DNA from: Tubiluchus corallicola
Taxonomy: Eukaryota > Animalia > Priapulida
Direction: 5' to 3'
NCBI GenBank assembly: GCA_030141605.1
Contig: JAQGDQ010000096.1
Coordinates: 310,001-374,000, forward strand
DNA length: 64,000 nt
In this document: in pieces, positions 1 through 12,100 of the stretch
Layout: each line of letters begins with the position of its first letter
Numbering within the stretch: the stretch's first letter is position 1
Notes under the pieces: generated by a model
Told to the model about the DNA's origin: nothing
Database searches by the model: none
The model's input: the letters and a program-made list of their open reading frames with translations, nothing else
Position numbers and translations under genes: made by a program

Positions 1-19
1 GTACTTATTTTGCACATAC

Positions 20-135
20 AAAGTAGACTTAGCAGCAAAAATTTCTTTATCAAGATCCTCGGCTTTATTGTTTAGTGAATTCATTTTCTCCTTCAGTTGT
101 GTGATGAAAACTCCCTGTTTAGTCAGTTGATCACT
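20..135 (-). CDS. SUN-like gene exon (luminal coiled coil SDQLTKQGVFITQLKEKMNSLNNKAEDLDKEIFAAKST)
   Basis: ctttatag acceptor, gtatgt donor, phase 0 to 2, open frame with heptad-like pattern. Confidence 0.75.
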
Positions 136-3100
136 CTATAAAGTAAAACAGACGAAAATGCAATTAAAAGGCATTTTTAGCATAAAGAATTGAGTACCAC
201 TCAAACGTATAAATTAACAACAGATCCAGTTTTATTACATTGATTTTAAATGTTCTGTATAAGATATTAGGAGTGTTAATGTTGAAATAAATCTATACAA
301 GCAATTTTCATGTAAAGAAACACTTTACTGGATAACATTGCAGTTGTAAGAAGAAATTACTTTGAAAATTACTTACTAGCTGCAAGTTAGCCTGCTTAGT
401 TTCACTTGTAATTTGACTATGCAAAACCTTCACTTCTTCTCCAATAAATTTCCTTATTGCTGCTTCCTGGGGACAAAAATAAAAAAAATTCAAACGAAAA
501 AGAAAGTGCCATAGCTAATCACAAACTGCAGCGTTATCATTAATATTTTCATAATACTAAATTGTACTACAGTTTGCATTACAAAACAGTAGAATAAAAT
601 ACAAAAGTTGAACAAAGGATATGGCTGTCATAGTCTCGCATTCTGAATAACTGTACATATACAGGTATTTTTCTAGAGAAACAATGTCAACCTATACAGC
701 ATTAATTGTATCATTATGCTTGTTTTTCTCATTAGTTGCGTGATACAGCTACGCGTGAGTGGGGTCAGCAGTTGCATGATACAGCTACATGTGTGTGGGG
801 TCGGCAGTTGCGTGCATCTGCATAATATTATTTTACAGCAAAAAGAATGACAAAGTACGCACCTACGTCATACGTATCAAATCGAATGAAGAAAATTGAT
901 ATATCAAAAACATATGTAGAAATGCTAACTGTAATGCTTTTTTTATAAGTTGAAAGTTTATTATCTTGGATTGGATTCAATAATTATAATATAACGGGCT
1001 TACTTTAATAAATTTACACTTTGACTGAAACAATCTGTGATCACTGACATGTTGCAATGTACAGATTCAATTTAATAGTTGTAATATTTAATATTCGGCG
1101 TAAGACTATACTATTACTGCTTATATCATTATTTAGAAAGCAAGCATACCTTTAAAACTTAAAAAAAGGTTATATTTTCCATCTGTCAAGACTATACTCT
1201 TACAAAGTTACACAACTAATTTCACTGTGCTATGCACTGCACTAAAATGTTGACAAGCAAATATACTGGTACTGCTAAACATACCTGCTCAGAAGTTAAC
1301 TGACTGCTTTGACTATTATACATTTCTAATATCATTATTCTTAACTTGTCATTTAAATCCTGAACCTCCATTGGTGGTACTGGTTTATCTGTTTCCTGAA
1401 AAAGACACACGATGTAGCCTATAAAATTAAAAGTGACTAAACAACAGTAAGGTAATCTGCAAGTCTAGTTTAGACAGACAAAAAGTTACTTGAAGACTGT
1501 TCCATGTGAAAATATTAATGCACCACATAGCAACCACATTACTATCAAATTCCGTCCATCATCAGTATTCTGTTTCAATATCGTAATAGATATGAATGCA
1601 CGGCACCACACCAATAATTAGAAATGCTAAGGTAGCTTTGCTCTCACTGCTGCACAAGGATTTGCCACTGGTACAGACCCTATCCTGGCTATGTTCATAT
1701 ATGCACTGTATGTAAATGTTTTTGTTCTTGTGCTATTAATAAAATAAAATAACATTTCAGAAAATTTCCCAACAGTACCTTCAGTGAGAAAGTTGGTAAT
1801 TTTGGTAATGAAGGCGTAACCGGAAGATTCTCTATAATTTGTTCCCTGTTTTCATAAACTTGATATCCACCTAAACAGCAACAGTTTTTTTTATTTAAAA
1901 TCTTGCAATATCACTGACATGCCAATTTAAATTAAATTATGAATGCAGATATTAACCAGTTTGTTTTTGTTGGATGATTTCACTTTTCTGTTACAACTTT
2001 AACTTGACATTGTACATTTGTAATTGGTTACACATATTCCAGCTGCTTTCAAACAAATTTATATATCATTTTAGTCATTTAAATTAAACTTAGCCATTTC
2101 ATTTCTGCAAGAGTTTTACATGCTATTTGCTTTTAAGAGAATTCAAAAAAAAATTAAAAATAACTCACCAGTTAACAGTACAAGTGGTATGAGTAACAGA
2201 GGTAACCAAACACAACAAGCATGACGACTGGAATAAATTAAAAACAAGCATAAAAGACTCATTACTCATTAGGTTCAAATAATTGACAATTTACCCAAAA
2301 AGCATGTCCAACATTTTCAGTATAGCTATAACTATCTGTACACTCATAAGAATTACTAAATGTATCCTCGCATCAGATTTTTGACTAAAATAGAAACTTT
2401 GCCAAAACAATGCATTTTAACACACATCAGTAGAAGAAAAATGCATCAAAATTAATTCTTAGTCACCACCAAGTGATAACCTTAAACCTTAATGACAACG
2501 CGTCATAAAAAGGTTAGCACTTTAGGATTTGACAACAACAGGTCAAACGAAACAGAGGTAAGATAATATCGGGAATTCTCACTAGATGGCACTAACTGAA
2601 CTCACCGTGAAAGCATCCAAGCATCAATAAGTGAGACATACTCCCAAACAGATATCACGTATCTATAAATCCATGCCCTGATAGAGACAGTCTCTTTTAG
2701 TTCCTGTCTAATATTTTTAGATGGGTCAGATGGGACTGCTGAATTTACAGATCTTTGAACAATAGAAACAACTGATAAAACAGGGCGAAACAAAAACGAC
2801 AGCCATGTTCTCACCAAGTTGAATAGGAAACTCAGAAGCAGAAAAGGAAGCCAAAGTGGAAGAAGCAAAAACCAACCAATGCTATGCGAAAAAACCCAAG
2901 AATGGAATTGTAATATTTTCTTTCTAGTAACGTCAAAAAGAGACCTGTTCACTGCTTTAGATTCAGTATGTGCATCAAAAGCTTCAGTCTTTTTGCTCCT
3001 TGTTTCAATACATTCACTATTCTGAGAACTTCTTGTTAATATGCTTGAATCAGCCCCAGTTATCTTAGAGAACAAAATGACCGGCAGATACCAAACCATT

Positions 3101-6100
3101 CGTCCAATACTTGTGACACTTGTGCCAATCAGCTGAAGTTTGGACAACAGCCACACGTCAAAAAGTCCAATTACCCGCAGCAACCAAATCACACAGAACT
3201 TAATGCATTGCGCTAAATAAATAGGGAACATAATAATATGATAAAACGGGGTGAAAACTGAGCGAAAGAAGCTATTCTGAGGAACCTCCTGTACTTCCCT
3301 TTTTCCTGCACTTTGCACCAGGTGCACAGTCTTTTTAGCAGTGTACATTGTAGTGTGGCCTGTTTCGCTCGAAAATTCATCTCGATGACCTTCTTCATGT
3401 TGCTCAAGAGTGGATGACGACCTACTGACAACAGATCCAACTTTTGACAATAACCACATATCCAGTAGAAGAAAGTTTTGCAGTATCCAAACATTTGTAC
3501 AATATGCAGCATTTGCAAGGTAAACAGACCCGAGGAAGAGATAATGAAACGGTGTCCTAATAACACCCTTACATTCATGATCAAACATTGATTTCCTTAT
3601 CTCATTTGTCTGTTTTTGTCTTTCTTTACTCTGTACTGGAATAACTAAATCATACAACTTTTGAAAGGGTAAGGTAAGAGAAACCAAACCAAACCAGAGG
3701 ACATGGCGAAACATGTCAATGAAATTTGTATGTTGAACATTTTCAATGTTCTGTGAATCAACGGATGATTTCCACTGGGTGAGCATATCTCCAATCAGGA
3801 AAAAAGGTCCAAGAACAAGTGCAAGCATCCCAATAAATAAGTAAAAAGGTGAAAGGAGAACATGTAGTATAGTAAAGGCACATTCTTTTAAATAATGTGT
3901 CAACCCTCTGTCACTGCCCTGTGTAACCTCTTCTATGATCAGAACATCGGTTTCATCGTTACTTTCCACGACTGCAGCTTGGCGAGTTGAATACCTTCTA
4001 GCAGGTTTTGTGGATGATTTCACTTCAAGTGAACTCATTAACAGTTTACGCAAAACGTCAAAAATAAAGTAAAATGGGAAACTCAAAAGCATAGCAACAT
4101 TAAACATTAGCGTGAAAGGAAAAAGTACAAGTTTAGAGATGAATAGCCACAGCTTTTCATGAAATTCTTCTGTATCATCTCCTCCGTTCAATGTATCTGT
4201 TTGTGTTTCTTCTATAAGATCCTTTTCACAATGGCGTCCAAGTCGTTTTCCAACTACTTCATGTTCAGTATGATGAGACGTGAAAAAAGCATATCTTACT
4301 TGGTTTAACCTTGAAAGAAAAAAAGCATCACTTTTAGAAACTTTTTGTAAAAACCAGGCAGCAAGCCAATAAATGGACAACATGAGATAAAATGGAATAG
4401 AAAAAATGTAAGATAAGATTAATCCAACTTTGCTGTGGGGTTTTTCAATTTCCTTGTCCTCCTCTCCTTTCCTGAGCTCACTCACCATATCGACTTCAGC
4501 GCTCAAAATTCCTGCAGCTTTCAAGATATTGCTAACTCCATCACGTAACATAAACAAAATATGCCTGATTACAAACAATGGAAAGAGCAAAACAGTGACA
4601 CAAGTTGTGAACAATGTCATTAAACCAGAAAAGCGTGAATCTACTTCAGGTGTTTCTCTGACCGATGTCCAGCTAAGCACACACTGTGGGATAGCGAAAA
4701 ACGGTCCAAAAACAGCAAAAAAGCAACCTTGCAATAAACAAAATGGTGACAAAACTATGGCGGTTAAAACTTCAAAGATTTCCCTTGTAATGGAGGCCGA
4801 TTTGTCTACAAATGGCGTCCTGTCCTCAGTAGGCACAGCCCTCGTCTTACCCCTGGTCCTCATCGCAATAGGTTGTTTATCAGTTTTATGTAACCCTACA
4901 CTTTCTAGAACATACAGAAATAAGTACCAAGCAAAATGCAGCAGCCCACTTAAAGCATGAAACGGCAGCAACAGAATATTGCAAAGAACCGACCAAAGTG
5001 CACTGAAGACAGGTGCATGTGCTGCCCTCTCATCTTCTGGAATTACGCCAGGTTCATCTTGTGTCTGGTCAATAAATTGCTCAGACTTCCAGCTAGACAT
5101 TATTGTAGGAATCATCAAGACTGGCCTTACTATCATTAAAAAGGCTGTCATTAACAGATAAAAAGGTGAAAGCAAAACGTCAAACAAAATAGCTAGGAGC
5201 TCAGAGAGAATTGATTCAGGCTTGTCTTTCTTAATTAAAACAGCTTCTTGTTCTTCATCATCACTGAGAGACGTGTATTTTCTTTGTGACCGTCTTGTGG
5301 TTCTTGTAATTTGTTTCGCTGGCCGTCTTTCCAATACGGGACGCTCTGTTTTTCGAGTCAAAGCGTAACTAACATTCTCGTAAATAAGATAACCTGGCAG
5401 TATAAAAAGCGACTCGATAACCAAGAAAAACCCATTGATGATCAGCATATCCAAGCGAAGGATAGTTTCCCAGAAGCGTGTAAAAACTGAGCCATGCTTA
5501 ATTTTCTCAAGTTGTTCAGTGTCTTCATACTGAAATTCAGAATCTGTAGCTGGTGTGTACATTTCTTCAACTTCTAAAACTTCAGATTCGTGAATCAATT
5601 CTTTCATTCGCCTGGCAATGTACTTTAACGAAGAGAAGGGTAAAAACATAATGGTTTTCATGAATTCACAAAAAGATTGTATCAAGCTCTTTTGTGTGTA
5701 AGTTGGTGCTCTTAAATCAGTGAAGTAAGTTTGCGAAGCTTTGGCCTTCATCCAAGTAGCAATCCCTCTAAATATTCCAATGATGATACAAGCTGCATAG
5801 TATGGTGACAACAAGATCGTAAGTAAAAGGTTTCCTACAAACAACAAAGTACGTTGACTAAAAGTTAGCAGAGCATGGGTGATTTGGTACAATCCATTTC
5901 TCAGTGAAGCAAAGATTCCCACTGGCTGCCGCTTAACGTATCGTGAGTATCGGTCGTCTGAGATGCTCCACATGTCACCGTAATATCTATTAATAAAAAA
6001 TACAACTAAATTAAGAAAATTCAACATTATTTTCTTTCAGTACCCTAACTACAGATTGCAGAGACGGCTCATATACTGAAGTAAAAGTACTGTCAAAGCT

Positions 6101-9100
6101 AAAGCTACTACAAAACAATCAATAGGAGACTATGATCACTACACTAATACCGAAGAAGACTATCTATGAGAAAGCAAACATTAACACCACATGCTAATCA
6201 AGAAGCCAGTCAAAGCAAGCTATAATCTGTGCAGTTCACCACACAAATGAGAAGCCAAAGTACCAAATATGTGCAAAAACTACCGCCAGACAAGGAAAGC
6301 ATATAATAAAAACAATAGACAGCGTTTATCACTGAATGGGAGTGCCGTAAACACATGCATTCTACTATGTGAGCAGGAAAATTATCAACTTTTGAAAAAC
6401 ATGGCACCATATAAATTTTGTGAAAAAACAGTTAAGAAAGAATTACAAAAAAGTAATCCAGTTACTTTCAATTTTTAGGCAAAAAATAATTTGTCTCAAA
6501 CACCAATGTTAAACAATTTCTTAGAGAGTAAGAATTTAAGATAGGTGGCGGTTATTTCACCAATTAGCAACCAGCTTTACATATAACTTCGAGGAAAGAA
6601 CTGACCATGATACAACCATCACCAAAACTAAGAAGAGTAGAAGTAATCATACATTTCTTGGAAAGACAATCCAGAAACTATCACCGGACATGCAAAATTA
6701 CCCAAACAATGTGAAAACAACATCAGCAAAGCAAAGGGGACTAGTTTCATGATTTTCAATGTCATACAGTCAAAGTTTCAAAATGTATGAATCAAAATGT
6801 TGATGGTAGCGGCAGACCAAAGGATGAAAAAAAGATTAAAAAGGCACGATAGCTTCCAAAAGCTGATACCCCTTCAATTGACTGCCAATCTTTTGAAAGA
6901 TCCACTAAATTCTTTCACTTAGTTTCAATTTTTTACTGCATTATGTTACAGAGAGATTTGCAGATTGTAGCACAAAACTTAACATAAAAAAAATTAAGAA
7001 ACTGTAGTAAGCAGATGTCCATTGTTTGATACAGATGAGAATAGCTTACACAAAATGTGTGAGGTAACTTTAACAATAATTAGAATTGCCTGCCTGGGAA
7101 GAGAAATTGAATTATATACTGAAATAGGCTTGTAGGAGTATATGTCTGATTTCTCCATGTAAGTTAAAATATCAATAACAAGTCAACATATTTACTTTTT
7201 GATAGTTTGAACTTTACTAAAATAAATATAGGCCTAAGCAAATGTAATCAATAGATATCACAGAAATATGAGCTAAAACTAGATAAACAGGTTATGACAT
7301 TTCAGATAATTTCCTTATTTGTTATAGTGATCAAATGTTATAAAATTTCATGCAAAATGCACTGACAGTACAAGCAATAAACTTCAAAAAATGTTAACAA
7401 GTTCTAACAAAAATTTACAGAAAAAGCAAATACAAATCACAACCCTCATGCAAGCAAACAAGTATATGCACATATGACTAATGCTAAGCAAATAGCTGCA
7501 AGAAATAAATTAGCAAATTGCGGGTGCTTTAAAAGGGACAAAAGTTAATTTATCATCATACTCAAAAGTTTAAGTAGCAATTAAAGCTCAACAGCATTTA
7601 TCAGAAGTGGTTTCAGTTTAAATGTACAATTCATGTTTTGCTCACAGCTCCCCAAGTATCGGTTTCACTTTAGCTAAGCAACAGTCCAGAACTACAGAGA
7701 ATTTGTTGCACTGTGGATGGCAAGGAAAATAATTTGTCTAAATAAAAACATGCACATGAATTGTAATAAGTGGGTGAGTTGTAAATGTTGCATGTGTATT
7801 GGTAAATTTGTCATTGTGTTTTGTTATATTTAAAACATTGCCAACAGCAAAAAAATTATGTTTTGATTTTAATATTTCTGCACATATCATTTCCAATTAT
7901 TAAAATTACAATACCAGGTCCAAGATAATCAGATATCTCACATTAAATTTATTGATAACATTTTGTATAGTGGAGGGGGGCATTGCAGTCACAATTTCAC
8001 AAAGTCAGTAGCTGAAGCTAGCTTAATTGTTTTTCAAATTGTGGAAGTTAATAATAACTAAAAATAAAACAATGAAATGCAAATGAATTGAACTTTGTTA
8101 GCTCAAGCATTCTGCGCAGGTAGTTAAATACCATTCTCATTACAATACCACACTGAAAAATATATGATTACTTTGCAGTTAACTGTTTTAAAATTTGAAG
8201 GAAAAACAAAAATGCCGAAATACACTTTTAAATATACCGAAATTTTATTAAGTTCAGTTATGTGTCTTGCGAATCAAGAAATGGATAACAAAATGAATTC
8301 TTCAGTCTCTATCTGTTTGTTTCTCTCCCTCTCACTGTCTCCCTCTCCGTCTCCCCCCTCTCTCTCTGCCCCTCCCTCCCTCTCCCTCTCTCATATTTTG
8401 ATGAAAGCACTGTAACGTAAACATTTAAAAAAATCATAAATCAATGAATTTAGATTTGATCACTGTAAGAAGAGATCCAACTTAAGAGTATGTACTCAAA
8501 TTTGGGACAGGTGCATGCAACGACTGATAACCAGCGAAGGAGGGTGCAAAAATTTGGTCGTCTGAATGGAATGAGGTGGTAAGTCGAAACTGACTGATTA
8601 TATTTCATTTTACTGTATTTAGTTAATCATTTGTTCAATTTCGCACAGTTATCAGTCGTAATAGTCCTCTGTTACTACAATGTTGTGAACTGAATAAATG
8701 AAAATAGTGCATAGTGAATAAAATAGGCTAGTCATGAGCAAAAGCATGTGTATTGAAATCAGTTAGAAACAGCAGTGGTCATATGGTGTGTAATGTGGTA
8801 CATACTAATATAGGTTTGATAGTATATCCTTGTAGCGCACCACAGTTTATATATGTTTTTTTTCACTTTGATTATTTCAAATGGTTATGATACGCATTTT
8901 TTCTAAGTTGAGTGGGGCGAAAACTCAAAAGCAATTAGTTGCCCCTTCTCACCAAGACCCTGATTTCTGGCACGAAGGCAAATCGAATATATTTTCTTAA
9001 AATCTCAGTATCCCTAAAAATAACTAAGTTTTGAAGTTCCTTCACATAACCCATGAAGAAAGTTGAAAGATTATACAAATCAGTAAAACACTCAACCACT

Positions 9101-12100
9101 GCTGTAGAAGATGATTATTAAAAATCATTCTAATAACAAGATTTTTGAGTTATGAGTGCAATAGAGTGGAAAATAAAAAGAGCTATAACCAACAATTTTT
9201 TCCTTTACATAATTATGTCTTTTTTCTTTTACACATTTCCAAATGTGAAAGTTAAAAAACTGTTGTAATCAAAATTTAGTGTAATTTTTAGTGGTATTAT
9301 AATGAGAATGGGACAACAAGATAAAGAATTTGGAAACTTACATAACAGCAGACCATGAGGTCTGAGATTGACTATTTGGACTGCCAGCTTTGAGCGGCGT
9401 TTGAGTACTGGAGTTAACTTTCTCTTTAGGCCTAGTAATTTTAATATTTAACCACTATACTATTAAACATTAAAATTAACAATTTTGCTACATTTAGTAA
9501 ATTATTTGTATGTTTTTACCTACATCTTAACAACCAACTTTTAGGAGATAAAAGAAATAACCATTATTAAACTCGTATGAATTTAGAGTGTGTGATATGG
9601 TAGTAGATACCTGTCTACAGTGATCTAACTTCATGGTGAAAATCAAGATCAGATGAAGCAAGTAATGCAACACCCTGTCTAGCACTACCCATTTACCAAG
9701 TTTGACTGACTTGGTTAGTGGCACTCGAGGTATAATACGCAATTTTTGCATGGGTGCCTAATGTAAGATCCTATTTCTAGGATTTCTTCTGCCAACTAAT
9801 TATTTAGGTACAAAGCCTGCTTAGCTTGGCAACTTTGTAGAGAACAGTGGAGAACGATCAATGTTTGATATAAGACTTTACCATTTTCATGGTCAAAGGT
9901 TGAAAGTCAAGACCAAATGTTCCATAGCAACCCACTCTTTCACTATTAGTTCATATTACCAAATATAGTTGGCTTATCAACAAGTTTTATCACAACAGAA
10001 TGCAAAAAATTACTATAATCAGTTTGAGTAATACAGGTTTTTCAATATTACCGCAGTGATATTATATACGAAAAATATCCCCAACATAGAAGATTTAATC
10101 ATAATCTCTGCAATGAGAGAAGCAAAAATATGCGGTACAAAAATGCCATTCTTTGACACGAAGTCAACTTAACAACAGTCTTCAGTGTTATTAATTACCT
10201 AGATGATGACGGGTAAACTCTCCCATGGCGATCAGTGACAACACCTTTCGTAAAAATCTGCCAAAACGACCTAAAATGTAAGATAGCAAGCGATCAATGT
10301 TTTACAAATATTTGTAGTTGTCAGTTTAAAACAATCTTCAATTAAGTAGAAGCAGCAACACTAGAAAAGAAGCTCTTTTATCTAAAAGTAATAATGAAAA
10401 ATGCAATGCAATTTACCTGGACAAAAGCCAAGAGTCAATTGCAAGAACCAAGGATCCACCTGTCATCCACCAAATCCACGAAAAACATTTCACTACAATA
10501 AACAATTTTAATACTATTAGTTGTACGACATAAATAAATTCCTTTTCATTTATACATTATGCATATCCTTTCCACATATTCAAAGAAAAATGATAAAATT
10601 GCATTAATTAATTAGACTATGATTGTGATTGCCAGAGATTATAAACCACTACAGTTTATTTCAACAGTTGGAGAAAGGAAAAAGATGCTGAAAAGCTGTG
10701 GACTAGTCGGGATTTGAACCCGAGACCTGGGATTAGTACTTGCTTTCTCTGCCAGTTGAGCTATCAGTTAACATAACAGAGCCTGAGATTTCCTTCTTGT
10801 AGCACACTTTGTAGCCTGCTCTGTCACGTTGTTTGGTAGCAGAGCACGGGAGTATTAATCCTTGGTATAGGGTTCAATTCACGACTAGTCCACAATTTTT
10901 CAGCATCTCCATTCTTTCTCCAACTGTTGAAATAAACAGTAATGGTTTATAAAATCAGGTAATCACAGTCATAATCTAATTAATTAGTGATATCGTTAGT
11001 TGCCAGCTAATTTGAGAAACATGTCAAAACTTCTTCATGATATTACAGCAGGTTTTCAGTAACTTACAGTAAAGGTTGAACACTGCAAGCTGTACCACAT
11101 AATACCAGGTTAAAAGAGCCTATGACCAGCAGGTATTCTTATTAGCAAAAAAAGTGACTTACCAATGAAATTATAAAAACGAGTAGAAAAACTTTCAGGC
11201 GTTCTGCTGGTTGTTGTAGGTCGTTCAGCATCTTCATCAGATGAAACATCTGCACCTAAATGATCATGAGCATTGCACACATTCATGATAAAGCAAAAAA
11301 AATATCATCCACAAGCAAAAACTAATGACATCCAAATGAAGTTAAAACAAAGCTATCTTAAACTGATTATAAATTCTAACAATTTGTTTTTTATTGTATT
11401 TCATTTGCTGTACTCATGACATCAATTTTTAACAATCTGTCAGTGTTGTCATTTTAGTTAGTTAGTCTAGACAGTCATGATTTTTACTAGTCTAAAGTGG
11501 AGTTTATATAACATGTAGAGTGCCGAATAGATAAAATCAATTTATATCATTTTCAATAAGCACGTTTAAACTGCCTGCGTATGCGTTATTCTTTTGCTGC
11601 AGCAATTTCCTACTGATTTCTTCCTGCAGGCTATTTCGCAGGTGGAAAACATATCCGCATACTACTTAAACAAACACCAATTACTATGGGGAGGGACGAC
11701 GCTTGATCTTCCAAAACCGAATTAAATCTGAATCTCACATTTTTCCAGTTTCCAAAACCGAACCGAATTCAAATTTTTAATTCAATTTTGGAATCAGTGT
11801 AGTACAATGAATGTTTCATCAAATATATATATATATATATATACATAAAATGGTCTTGTATAATGATCTTGTTAAATACAGCAAAAAAGAAAATAATGCT
11901 AGTACTATGCAAAAAGGTATTATGTACCAAGAACACAGAGAGAAATTTTGGCATATATTATGACTGCACTTTCTGATTTGAAGCTAAATTAATAACGTTT
12001 AGAAAGTAAAAATAAATTAAACTCATAGATTGCTAAAATATCATTTGTGTTTAGAAGCACAATAACCAAAATCTTGTGCACAAGTTAGTGTCACTGCAGA

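Noticed and set aside
2819-5161. Plus-strand and alternative-frame ORFs overlapping the giant exon (e.g. 4430..4960, 3213..3584)
   Set aside because: Shadow ORFs of a long coding exon with no recognisable motifs
2602-6027. Stand-alone 1141-aa single-exon membrane protein or viral ORF
   Set aside because: The ORF begins in a polypyrimidine tract and ends at a gtgag donor; its phases match flanking exons, so it is best read as an internal exon
6200-8590. Extra exon candidates in the intron before the giant exon (~8590-8495, ~7737-7646, hydrophobic frames at 6.6-6.9 kb)
   Set aside because: Their open frames do not fit the phase-2 chain, or they contain stops; cannot be supported without transcripts
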